Below are positions 29,091 to 38,006 of a stretch of DNA of 64,000 nucleotides, in pieces; position 1 is the stretch's first letter; every line of letters begins with the position of its first letter. Origin of the DNA: Candidatus Thalassarchaeum betae (lineage in GTDB: Archaea; Thermoplasmatota; Poseidoniia; Poseidoniales; Thalassarchaeaceae); assembly GCA_003193925.1 (NCBI GenBank), contig PSPG01000012.1:32756-96755 (forward strand). The letters are read 5' to 3'. Below the pieces are notes generated by a model, which was not told the DNA's origin, did no database searches, and saw only the letters and a list, made by a program, of their open reading frames with translations. The translations under genes were made by a program, and so were the position numbers.

Positions 29091-30464
29091 CTATTCCTCT
29101 GAAGAATCACCAATTATCTGCTGCTTCCTCAACTCAGCTTGAAGGGTAACCAGCTCAAGATAAGAAGTTCTAGCCTCGAGGTACTTCTTCATCTCATCCA
29201 AGTAGGACTGCTTCTCGGCGGCGTAAAGACTCCCGTCCCTAGCGTTTGCGTCCATCTTGTACAGTATGGTGAAGAAGAAAAGAGTGAGGACTAGGGGCCC
29301 CAGGAGCATGAGGTAATTATCATCCAGATTGTAGGTGCTACCCTTCACTTCGGTACCGGACCCTAGGATGATGGAAATAATCACTACACTAGGCCATAGG
29401 ATCAGATTCGCGAGCAGCAGGACCCACTCGTAGAGCTCATACTCAGATCTCCTACTGGGTCTGCGTGGTTTGGTAACCGGGGCCTGTTCCATGCGACTAT
29501 CTAACTCGCCCACATGGGGGGTGAGATATGAGGATTCTGCACCATCGTCGGCCGAATCAATGAGTAGAGAGGTATCGATTTCAGAGTCCCTCTTGGGACC
29601 CTTCACTCTATCCCTGTAAAGTGGTATGGAAACAGCAGAGAAGAAACCGAACAGACCTACCGCCGAGGAAACAATAACTGTCCAATCGTAGGAATATTCT
29701 CCTACGTCCACCATCCTGAGGACGAAAGATCCAATGAATACCAATGATAGGTAGTACAACGACTGAAATTTCTTCAGTAGGTAAAGCACAGAGGATAGGA
29801 GCAGAAGAACGACCATCACATCGACGACGCCAGAATGCAATGAGAGCGCGTCAAAGGCCTGGTGAGAATCGAAATCTAACGAAATCAGTTTGGCCCCGAT
29901 TAAGCCGAAGATGGAAATCAGAATCGCAACGTCCTGGCCGGTTTCACCTAATCCCTCAACCATTGAGGAAACAAGACCATGCGAGACTGAGCCCTCGGAG
30001 AGATACGCCAGCCAGAGCGCAGTTTGGAATATCACGGTGGCAGGGATGATGTAAGGAAGGTGAGTACCTACTGCCTTCAAGCCGGATACGATCTTTTTCC
30101 CAGCACCCCTCATCCAGTCCCCCAATCCCGAGGCTTTCTCCGGGATATTGGCATTCTCTACCGAAGACGTGATCCTGCTGCCGAACTTCTCAATCCCCTC
30201 CTGGGTCCTCACCAGAAGAGACTCGGTGTCGGATGAGTCGGAAGCCCCCTCCTCTTCTCCGAAACCTCCCCCTTCTGGTTTCGGGTCCTTGCTGAACTTC
30301 TCCCTTATCGAATCCTCCAGTTTTCTGGAAGCCGCATCCACGGTGTCCAATGCCTTCTTCACCCTAGACTCAAATGAGTCGTCATTGGACTCATCCGCCA
30401 TGTCCGGTGCAACGCATCGCAACCCTTGAATCTCTCGTCGCCTTGGAATCATCATGCAGGACAT
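29091..30464 (-). CDS. Hypothetical membrane protein with an acidic cytoplasmic N-terminus, ~8 TM helices and a C-terminal coiled region
   Basis: 457-aa ORF 7 nt upstream of the CPBP gene with the same low-GC composition. No recognisable family; the start may be the internal MADESNDDS. Confidence 0.5.
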   Translation of the reverse strand: MSCMMIPRRREIQGLRCVAPDMADESNDDSFESRVKKALDTVDAASRKLEDSIREKFSKDPKPEGGGFGEEEGASDSSDTESLLVRTQEGIEKFGSRITSSVENANIPEKASGLGDWMRGAGKKIVSGLKAVGTHLPYIIPATVIFQTALWLAYLSEGSVSHGLVSSMVEGLGETGQDVAILISIFGLIGAKLISLDFDSHQAFDALSLHSGVVDVMVVLLLLSSVLYLLKKFQSLYYLSLVFIGSFVLRMVDVGEYSYDWTVIVSSAVGLFGFFSAVSIPLYRDRVKGPKRDSEIDTSLLIDSADDGAESSYLTPHVGELDSRMEQAPVTKPRRPSRRSEYELYEWVLLLANLILWPSVVIISIILGSGTEVKGSTYNLDDNYLMLLGPLVLTLFFFTILYKMDANARDGSLYAAEKQSYLDEMKKYLEARTSYLELVTLQAELRKQQIIGDSSEE

Positions 30465-30855
30465 CGCGAGTGAAGTACCAGCATCGAGTGGCGATTCAAC
30501 GAAAGTGAAGCAAAGGGACCTAGGGGCAGTGGTGCATATCGTTTCTGCCTTACTGATGCCTTTTAGACTTGGAATCGCGATACTAATTCCAGCATTCCTC
30601 TACTTCTATCATAATCGCGAATACGGGGGTGACCAGAGGGACGAATTCATGATCGGACACTTCAGAGAGGCCCTAAACGCAAACGTCACCTTCCTATTGG
30701 CAGCAGTCATCCATGCGATCCTGACCTTGGTGTTGGTCGGTTTCCTGACTGCGATTGTTCACTGGATAGCTCTACTTTCTTGGTCCTTCAGCGCCCAGTC
30801 AGCTCTGAAGTCAGAACGGCCCTATCGGTACCCCCTGACTCTAAGGATATTCTGA
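30454..30855 (+). CDS. Hypothetical small membrane protein (3 TM helices)
   Basis: 133-aa ORF inside the low-GC island, divergent from the 457-aa gene. It has hydrophobic helices and a YHNREYGGDQRDEFMIGHFREALNAN loop. Confidence 0.35.
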   Translation: MQDIASEVPASSGDSTKVKQRDLGAVVHIVSALLMPFRLGIAILIPAFLYFYHNREYGGDQRDEFMIGHFREALNANVTFLLAAVIHAILTLVLVGFLTAIVHWIALLSWSFSAQSALKSERPYRYPLTLRIF

Positions 30856-30918
30856 ATCTCTCTCGCCATTGGATCATTCCGTTCCGTCAGGAACGGACTT
30901 CCTCAAGGGGAATCCTTC

Positions 30919-31707
30919 ATGACCGCCCCATCAGGCAGCGTAGAGCGAGACAGAATGGTGGATGCATCGGCCTACCTAACCGACGACCAGATGATTTCAC
31001 TGGGCCTGGTGGCAGCCCTGCTGCTGATATCCAAGTTGCGCGACATGCTGGACTCGAGCGGCCTTCTGGCAGCTATGGCGGTGGGCCTCACTGTCTCTCT
31101 CCTGGGTCACTGGACCTGGCTGATTATTCTCATCGTTTTCTTCGTAGTGGGCTCATTTGCCACGAAGTGGCGCTTCGAGGAGAAGCAGGCTCTTGCGATC
31201 CAGGAGGCCAACGAGGGAGTCAGAGGCTGGCGCAACGTGATGGCGAACGGCGCCGTGGCATCGATGATCGCCATTTTCAGCTGGTACTTCGGCGAGGGGG
31301 ACTGGTACTACATCGCCGCGGCCTCTTGTATCGCTGTGGCAGCATCGGACACACTCGCCTCGGAGATAGGCAGCATCGATCCGAGGACTCGCAGCATCAT
31401 CAACCTCGAGGCCGTCCCCCCTGGGACGAACGGGGGAATGTCCCCCACTGGGACTGCTGCGGCCCTGTTCGGCGCTTCCCTCATCGCAGTGATTGCTGTG
31501 CTCCTGGCCCCCACAGCAGGCGAACCGACCGATTCCTTTACCCTACTTGCGATTATCACGACGATCGGCTGGCTCGGTTGCCAAGTCGATTCGGTGCTAG
31601 GGGCCCTGCTGGAGAACAAGGGGTACATCGGCAAGCACACTGTGAATTTCCTGGCCACCCTGTCCGGGGCTGTCATGGCGGTCTATGTGGCATTCAGATT
31701 CCTTTGA
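30919..31707 (+). CDS. DUF92 (TMEM19-like) family integral membrane protein
   Basis: 262 aa with a TKWRFEEK...GVRGWRNVMANG motif characteristic of DUF92 and multiple TM helices. Confidence 0.6.
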   Translation: MTAPSGSVERDRMVDASAYLTDDQMISLGLVAALLLISKLRDMLDSSGLLAAMAVGLTVSLLGHWTWLIILIVFFVVGSFATKWRFEEKQALAIQEANEGVRGWRNVMANGAVASMIAIFSWYFGEGDWYYIAAASCIAVAASDTLASEIGSIDPRTRSIINLEAVPPGTNGGMSPTGTAAALFGASLIAVIAVLLAPTAGEPTDSFTLLAIITTIGWLGCQVDSVLGALLENKGYIGKHTVNFLATLSGAVMAVYVAFRFL

Positions 31708-31752
31708 ACCGGAGAGCGTGAGGTTTGTACTGTACGAAAAGAGGGAGTTGAC

Positions 31753-34095
31753 ATGGCAGAGGGCTTCAGCACACCTAGGACGAGCGTGCTGACCCTCATG
31801 CTCATGCTCCTGATGGCTGTCACGGCGAGTTCGATAACGTATGCACAGGACGCCGATGATTCGGCAGGCCCCGGAATCACATGGGATATGCCCGAGCATC
31901 ACATGCTCTACCTCAAGGGCACGGAGGCGGCGCCCTTCCTAGACAGGAACTGGACCACTAACACCGGCGAGCCCCTAGGCAAGGCGGAGTTCACCAAGAC
32001 CAGTTCGGCGCTGTCACCCACTCTGTTGGACATACAATCCGCCCCGCTCGCCGAGTCCTTCCACTTCGAAGGCAACATCACAGTCAGGCTGTTCGCCTCG
32101 CTCGAGTCGAGCAATGACGGCTGCAGGTTCACCAACATCGTCCCCGGATCGCCGGCGGGGGCTGAGACCCAGTTCGAAGTCACGCTGTCTCTGGGCAGCA
32201 CGACCGTTCTGTCCCAAGCTCCGACCAACGCGGTCGTCATGGAGGAGTCTTACCTGTCGGCACATGTGTTCACCGTCCAGGCTATCGACGTGAATGCCAC
32301 CATGAGCCAAGGCGACTTGGTCTCTCTGAGGGTGGACGCCCAGCATAACTGCTTCCTGACAGGAGTGTTGTGGTGGGGTACATACGACGCTACTTCGGGC
32401 ATTATTCTGAACGGTGACGTCGTCGACCCTCTGTTGGATTACAGCATCGACTCGAATAGGATGGTGAGGGTGGAGTTCACCCCCATCTCGCCGTGGGGCC
32501 CTGATGACTTCCACCAACAGGTTCTGGAGATTGTCGGTCCTATGGATTGGGACGGGATGTTGCACGGCTTCGGCAAGGAGGATCAGCGCCTCGAGCACTT
32601 CGAGGCGCCGCACGGAACCCGGGTCGGAGAGGCCAATAGGACGATCCTCACATGGTCCTCGGAGAACCCGTTGCAACCTGGGAGGTACATGGTCGACGCT
32701 TGTTTCACCGTCACCGATCAGGATCCAGGGCAGTTGTGCGATGTGATTGCGGTGCTGCGTTTCGAAGTACCCGAGGACCCGAGGCCGATGGTGGTAGCAA
32801 TGTGGGCCGCGGTCATCGTCCCTCTGGGGATGATCGTGTGGATCGGAGCTTCGATGCGAGAGGCTATGCTGCCTATCCAGACGTACGGCGTCATACTCCT
32901 GCTGGCACTCGCCGCACTCGGGCCGGCCCTGCATCTCCCCGACATCGATGCCAACGCCCCCCGGAGCGATGGTGCTGCGCCCTCATTCGCGCTCCTCTCT
33001 CACGGCGGAGGTGACCTGGTCAAACTGTCTGACCTGCTCTCTGATTCCGATGCTGTCGTCGTCGGCCTATTCCGGACGAGCTCGCCAAACGCAGAGCGTC
33101 AGCACAAAGACTTCGAAGGCGCCGCCATCATGATCGATGCTGACATAGCCTTTGTGCAGATAGCGACCGGAGAGGGGGTCCAATCAGTAGATCTGGACAC
33201 CTACGCCCTGTCGCTGAACGAGTTATGGCCCCTGTTGATGGACGAGGCTGACGCTTCGGTAGGAGAGGCGTTCCCCAGTGGCGCGACAGACGCTGTGATC
33301 GTGATCGATTCCGCGGGTTTCATCACGCACTGGCAACCGGGGACCATGTCCGCCTTGGAGATTGAGAAGGCAGTCTCATCAGCATCCAAGGGCTCTGGGA
33401 ACAACCCCTTGGCCCTGTTCTCGATGATTCTCAGCACGGCTGTACTGCCTCTAGTGGTGCTGGCTATGCCCCGAGAGAGAGAGATTGTGCTGCCCGAAGG
33501 GCCGCTCTTCCCCGCCGCAGGCTCCCTAATGACAGCCGCCGCTGCGGCTCTCGGGTTCGGCATGTGGGCGCTTCCGGTGGCCCTGATGGCCGCCCTTGGC
33601 CTGGGTTCGGTGTGGATTTGGATTGAACTGCTGCTGGCCGCAGTGCTGGTCTATCACGGTCTCTCGGTCCTGCTGCGTGGCAGGATAGCCGAGGTCGAGA
33701 CACTTGCGACCAAGGCGTATTCGCGCCTGCCCGCGGGATACCGCGCTTGGCGCGACTCAGCCAGTTTCAGCGAGGACGTGTATCTCGGGCTCTGGCTCGC
33801 ATGGTTGCTCTGGCTGCGAAACCCCTCCATGATCCCCCAAGGCGTGGGCGCCGTGGCGCGCTCGGACCTGATTGGCATCCCCCTCTCGATTCTGGCCATG
33901 CTGGGGTTCCTATTCGCTGCCGGTATCATAGTCATCCTAGCCCGATCCCTGGCCATGGCTCCCGGAGGGGTATCGCGCGTTTTCGGATGGCTCAGCGTCG
34001 GTATGCGCCCGCGCGCGTGGGGACTGGCCTCAGCCACGCTCGGCGCTTGGGTCTTCCTCAGCCTGCTCGTAGGCCCGGTTCTCGGCTCCCTCTGA
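31753..34095 (+). CDS. Large secreted, membrane-anchored protein with an N-terminal signal peptide, ~330-aa extracellular domain and polytopic C-terminal region
   Basis: 780 aa with a signal peptide (LMLLMAVTASSITYA), a beta-rich N-domain, a central Cys-less thioredoxin-fold-like segment (weak resemblance) and at least seven C-terminal TM helices. Confidence 0.45.
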   Translation: MAEGFSTPRTSVLTLMLMLLMAVTASSITYAQDADDSAGPGITWDMPEHHMLYLKGTEAAPFLDRNWTTNTGEPLGKAEFTKTSSALSPTLLDIQSAPLAESFHFEGNITVRLFASLESSNDGCRFTNIVPGSPAGAETQFEVTLSLGSTTVLSQAPTNAVVMEESYLSAHVFTVQAIDVNATMSQGDLVSLRVDAQHNCFLTGVLWWGTYDATSGIILNGDVVDPLLDYSIDSNRMVRVEFTPISPWGPDDFHQQVLEIVGPMDWDGMLHGFGKEDQRLEHFEAPHGTRVGEANRTILTWSSENPLQPGRYMVDACFTVTDQDPGQLCDVIAVLRFEVPEDPRPMVVAMWAAVIVPLGMIVWIGASMREAMLPIQTYGVILLLALAALGPALHLPDIDANAPRSDGAAPSFALLSHGGGDLVKLSDLLSDSDAVVVGLFRTSSPNAERQHKDFEGAAIMIDADIAFVQIATGEGVQSVDLDTYALSLNELWPLLMDEADASVGEAFPSGATDAVIVIDSAGFITHWQPGTMSALEIEKAVSSASKGSGNNPLALFSMILSTAVLPLVVLAMPREREIVLPEGPLFPAAGSLMTAAAAALGFGMWALPVALMAALGLGSVWIWIELLLAAVLVYHGLSVLLRGRIAEVETLATKAYSRLPAGYRAWRDSASFSEDVYLGLWLAWLLWLRNPSMIPQGVGAVARSDLIGIPLSILAMLGFLFAAGIIVILARSLAMAPGGVSRVFGWLSVGMRPRAWGLASATLGAWVFLSLLVGPVLGSL

Positions 34096-34158
34096 TGGCC
34101 TGTATTCGCCCGACCGAGAGCATCATAAGAGTGAGGCCCTAGGGCAAAGCACTCCTCC

Positions 34159-34346
34159 GGGGGTATAGTATAACCTGGTAGTACCGCGGGCTCCAGTTGC
34201 ACGGGAATGACGACGAGAGGGTTTCTGATGGCTTTGATGACCAACTGGAGCACCGACCTGTCGCAACCCGAGAGCGTGCGCAATCCAGGTGCACGCTAAG
34301 TGGAAGACACCCGCTGATCTGGGTTCAAATCCCAGTGCCCCCACCA
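34159..34346 (+). tRNA. tRNA-Trp (anticodon CCA) with a ~112-nt intron after position 37; CCA encoded
   Basis: Exon 1 (34159-34196) carries acceptor GGGGGTA, D-arm GTAT/GTAC and anticodon stem GCGGG with loop CTCCAG. Exon 2 (34309-34346) carries CCCGC, T-arm CTGGG-TTCAAAT-CCCAG, acceptor TGCCCCC and ACCA. The exons are co-linear only after the intron is removed. Confidence 0.8.
34197..34308 (+). ncRNA. tRNA-Trp intron with box C/D-like motifs and a guide complementary to the anticodon loop
   Basis: C-like ATGACGA (34207-13), D-prime CTGA (34225-28), C-prime TGATGA (34235-40) and a D-like CCGA (34253-56). Intron 34242-34251 (CAACTGGAGC) is perfectly complementary to pre-tRNA 34190-34199, and the 5th nucleotide upstream of the D-like box pairs with wobble C34. 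Confidence 0.55.
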
Positions 34347-34395
34347 TCTCCGGTCTCAGCGTTCAGCATGTCGCGCTGCTCCCTTAAAGGTTGGA

Positions 34396-36561
34396 TTGAA
34401 AGACTACGCGCAGTTCGCGTGGTCGATGGATGCCAAGATGATTAACGCGCTCCTGTGCGCCTTCCTGGTGATTCCGCTCGCTGGAAGCATAGCCCCGCCT
34501 CCGATGGTGACGATGGACGAGCACGGCTTGCAACTGATTGGGGAGGGGCAGACGACTCTCGTGCCAGCACAAGCGCCGGTGACGTGGGCGAACCCGGGCC
34601 CATGGTGGTCATGGACATCGCTTGACGCGGACCGCAACGGCATCCACGACTCCCTGCAACTCGCGACCGGACCAGTCAACGTCGGACTCTCATATCATCG
34701 CGCCATCACCGGTTCCGACAGGACCGCTCTCGCTCAGCTCGGACACCAGATTCACCTCGAGCTACCAGTTGTCGACGCGTTGCTGATCGGCGCTGTCGAC
34801 GCCTCCGAGGTGCCTGTGCTCGCCCAATTGGACGGCGTCGTGATGGTCGAGCGCTACGGCTCGCTGGTGTTCTACGGCGATGTCCAGACGCCCGCGGTCA
34901 AGGCTCGCAACTCGACCGAGTATCCAATCGGTGCATGGGACCTCGGAGTCAGTGGTCACGGAGTAAACATCGCCGTGACCGACACTGGGGTCGACAACGA
35001 GCACCCCGGTCTTTCGGGCAAGTTCGTCGCCGGCTACGATGCCGTGTGCTACATGCACACCGATCCTCAGTGCCTGCTAGCGGGAGGGCGCGAGGAGGAC
35101 GGCTCCTTCGACCCTGACGACGGCAATCAGCACGGCACCGCTTGCATGGGGATGGCCAGCGCCACCGGGCTCGAGGCTGACGGCAGCCAGTCCGAATATT
35201 ACGGCTCGGCGCCGAATGCATCCCTAATCGATGTGCGCATCGGCACCGACGTCGGCGCCGGCCCCTTCGAGAACTACCTCCTCGAGCAGGAGTTCTACGA
35301 GTCTGCCATGAACGGCCTGCAGTGGATCATCGACCACAGGGACGATGCTTGGCCGGGAGTCGACGAAGCCAGCCACGGCATCGACATCATCTCCCTTTCA
35401 TGGGGCATCACCAGCCACGAGAACGGCGGCTCGGACGGCACCGATATGCACAGCAGGATCCTCGACGAGGCAATGGAGATGGGAGTGACGGTCTCGAACG
35501 CCGCCGGCAACGACGGGCCTGACAACGACGGCCTCTCTGGCATGAGTGCCTCATCTCTCTCGATAACCGTCGCAGCCACGGACGACCACAACACCGTCGA
35601 CCGCTCCGACGACACCATCGCATCCTACTCGTCTCGCGGCCAGCGCAGGGACAACGGGGACGGCAACCCAGTGAACGAGCTCATCCCCGAGATTAGCGCA
35701 CCCGGGACCAACATCATCCAAGCAGAGGGATGCGTCACCAGCGGTGGCTGCAACAACTTCCTCGGCGGGGACGCTTCTGGTAACACCTACACGGGTAGGG
35801 GGAGCGGAACCTCGTACGCCACCCCGGCGGTAAGTGGGGTTGCAGCACTGGTCATCGAGGCGAACGGGAACCTGACGCCGCTGCAGGTCAAGGAGGTCCT
35901 CAAGCAGACTGCCGAGCGCCGCGGCGAGCCGAGCGCTCCCGAGGTCGACCCATACTGGAACCAAGACTTCGGTTACGGCTACGTCGACGCACACGCCGCG
36001 GTTACGCTCGCACTGTATCTGGCGGCCAGCGGCCAGTCCGAGTCCATCGACACGAGCCTGCAGAACCACCTGTTGAGCGTCATCGACGCCAACGGCACCA
36101 TCAACATCACGGGCCACGCTTGGGGCCAACTCAGCAGTGTCGAGCGCGTGGAGTACCGAATCGACGGCAGTGACTGGAATGAGGCGACCTACTCGTCCGA
36201 GCCTAGCGAGATAGGCGCACTGACCCCGTTCACGTGGCATGTCATCCTGAACCCGGAAAAGCTCAGCGAGGGTGCTCACGAGATCGAGGCGAGGGCAGTC
36301 TCCGGCGAGGGCAACTCCTTGCCCGTCTTGGCAACCGTACACGGCTCGGGCAGCGAAGGTGACGGATTCTCAGTCCCTCCGCTGTTGATCTTGGTGATTG
36401 TTGTGGTGTTCGCCATCTGGGTAGCATCACTGGGCTTGGTGAGGTTCCGCTCCGACGGTGAGATAGACATCATGCTGTCCACTCTGCGCAGGAAGGAGGA
36501 GGAATCCGCCGTCGAAGGGGTACTGGATGCGGAAATCGTCGAAGAAGGGTCATCAGACTAA
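34396..36561 (+). CDS. Secreted subtilisin-like serine protease (peptidase S8) with a C-terminal TM anchor and acidic cytoplasmic tail
   Basis: Catalytic-triad motifs VTDTGVD (Asp), HGTACMGMA (His) and GTSYATPAVSG (Ser). It has an N-terminal signal sequence and a C-terminal hydrophobic helix followed by an EE-rich tail. Confidence 0.9.
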   Translation: MKDYAQFAWSMDAKMINALLCAFLVIPLAGSIAPPPMVTMDEHGLQLIGEGQTTLVPAQAPVTWANPGPWWSWTSLDADRNGIHDSLQLATGPVNVGLSYHRAITGSDRTALAQLGHQIHLELPVVDALLIGAVDASEVPVLAQLDGVVMVERYGSLVFYGDVQTPAVKARNSTEYPIGAWDLGVSGHGVNIAVTDTGVDNEHPGLSGKFVAGYDAVCYMHTDPQCLLAGGREEDGSFDPDDGNQHGTACMGMASATGLEADGSQSEYYGSAPNASLIDVRIGTDVGAGPFENYLLEQEFYESAMNGLQWIIDHRDDAWPGVDEASHGIDIISLSWGITSHENGGSDGTDMHSRILDEAMEMGVTVSNAAGNDGPDNDGLSGMSASSLSITVAATDDHNTVDRSDDTIASYSSRGQRRDNGDGNPVNELIPEISAPGTNIIQAEGCVTSGGCNNFLGGDASGNTYTGRGSGTSYATPAVSGVAALVIEANGNLTPLQVKEVLKQTAERRGEPSAPEVDPYWNQDFGYGYVDAHAAVTLALYLAASGQSESIDTSLQNHLLSVIDANGTINITGHAWGQLSSVERVEYRIDGSDWNEATYSSEPSEIGALTPFTWHVILNPEKLSEGAHEIEARAVSGEGNSLPVLATVHGSGSEGDGFSVPPLLILVIVVVFAIWVASLGLVRFRSDGEIDIMLSTLRRKEEESAVEGVLDAEIVEEGSSD

Positions 36562-36618
36562 CGAATCCGCAGGATTCGAGGCACCGTGTTCAAAGCCTAG
36601 AGCACTCGTCCGCAGGCC

Positions 36619-37779
36619 ATGGTGAGGTTCTCCGAACGAGCGAACAGCATCCGTCCGACCGGGGTGCGCAGGATGTTCGACATGGCGTTCGATATGGCCG
36701 GCGACGACGCGGTGCAGTTCGGGCTCGGCGAGCCCGACTTCCAACCCCCATCAGTCGCCATCGAGGCCTTCACCAGAGCCATGAATGAGGGCAAGAACAA
36801 GTACACCACGACCGCAGGCCTGCCTGCTCTCAGGCAGAAGATAGCCGAGACATGGCATCACCGCATTCCGGACTTGGATGAGTCCAACGTCTGCATAACG
36901 ATGAGCGGCACCAACGGGCTCCTCGACATCTTCCTCGCCTTGGTAGGACCGGGTGACAATGTACTGATTCCCGAACCCTACTTCCCTCTCTATCCTCCAG
37001 ACGTCGTGATCTGCGGGGGCGACCCGAATCTCTACCCATGCACCTTCGAGAACGACTTCGTCCCGACCATCGACGACCTCGAGTCGAGAGTCGACGACAA
37101 CACCGTGGCGATCCTGTACAACTTCCCGAGCAACCCAACGGGTGGCAACGTGACCGAGGCCCAGCGGGACGAACTGATCGCCTTCGCTAGTGACCACGAC
37201 CTTTGGCTGATCACTGACGAGGTCTACGACCGCATCGTCTACGACGGCCCTCACGTGTCCTTCCTCGGCGCTGGCTACGACAAGGTGATCATGGTCCAGT
37301 CATTCTCCAAGACCTTCGCCATGACCGGCTGGAGGATCGGCTACATTCTCTCCCCGGACATGGATGCCATGGCCCAATTGACCAAGATGCAGTACTACGT
37401 CACGGCGTGCAGCAACGATGCGATGCAGTACGCCGTGCTAGAGGCGCTCGAGAGGGCGCCGGAGTACCCCGAGGAGATGTGTGCCGAGTTCAAGGCCCGG
37501 CGTAATCTGATATGCGAGCGCCTCAATGCGATGCCAGGAGTCTCTTGCCACGTGCCTACGGGCGCGTTCTACGTGTTCCCCAAGGTGGACGTACCCGGCA
37601 TGAACAGCGAGGAGATTGCGATGGCTCTGCTCGAGGGTGGTGTCTTGTGCTCGCCGGGAACCTCCTTCGGCGCCGCCGGGGAGGGACATCTGCGCTTCGC
37701 TTACACCATCGGGCGGGAGGACATCGCGAGAGGCATGGACCGAGTCGAGGCCGTGCTAGCCGGGCTGAGAGGGGACTGA
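36619..37779 (+). CDS. Pyridoxal-phosphate-dependent aminotransferase, class I (aspartate aminotransferase-like)
   Basis: 386 aa with SFSKTFAMTGWRIGY (PLP-lysine region) and an NPTG motif. Confidence 0.9.
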   Translation: MVRFSERANSIRPTGVRRMFDMAFDMAGDDAVQFGLGEPDFQPPSVAIEAFTRAMNEGKNKYTTTAGLPALRQKIAETWHHRIPDLDESNVCITMSGTNGLLDIFLALVGPGDNVLIPEPYFPLYPPDVVICGGDPNLYPCTFENDFVPTIDDLESRVDDNTVAILYNFPSNPTGGNVTEAQRDELIAFASDHDLWLITDEVYDRIVYDGPHVSFLGAGYDKVIMVQSFSKTFAMTGWRIGYILSPDMDAMAQLTKMQYYVTACSNDAMQYAVLEALERAPEYPEEMCAEFKARRNLICERLNAMPGVSCHVPTGAFYVFPKVDVPGMNSEEIAMALLEGGVLCSPGTSFGAAGEGHLRFAYTIGREDIARGMDRVEAVLAGLRGD

Positions 37780-37786
37780 GTCGCCA

Positions 37787-38005
37787 ATGAGCCCGTCCGC
37801 CTCCCTCGCAACCTGCATCCTGTCGCTGCTCGTCGGATGGTACCTCTCCCAACTGAGGCCGAAGCATTATCCTGCGATCATACTCTGCCTCTCACTCGCT
37901 TGGCTCTGGTTCACCGGGCCCAGTGCGTCCGGCTTCGGACTGAGCATAGGCTCTGGATGGGTTCTGCTGAACCAGGCCGTCGACCAACTCGTTCCTGTGG
38001 ATTGA
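37787..38005 (+). CDS. Hypothetical small membrane protein
   Basis: 72-aa ORF with two hydrophobic helices directly after the aminotransferase gene. No homology signal; low confidence. Confidence 0.25.
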   Translation: MSPSASLATCILSLLVGWYLSQLRPKHYPAIILCLSLAWLWFTGPSASGFGLSIGSGWVLLNQAVDQLVPVD

Positions 38006-38006
38006 G

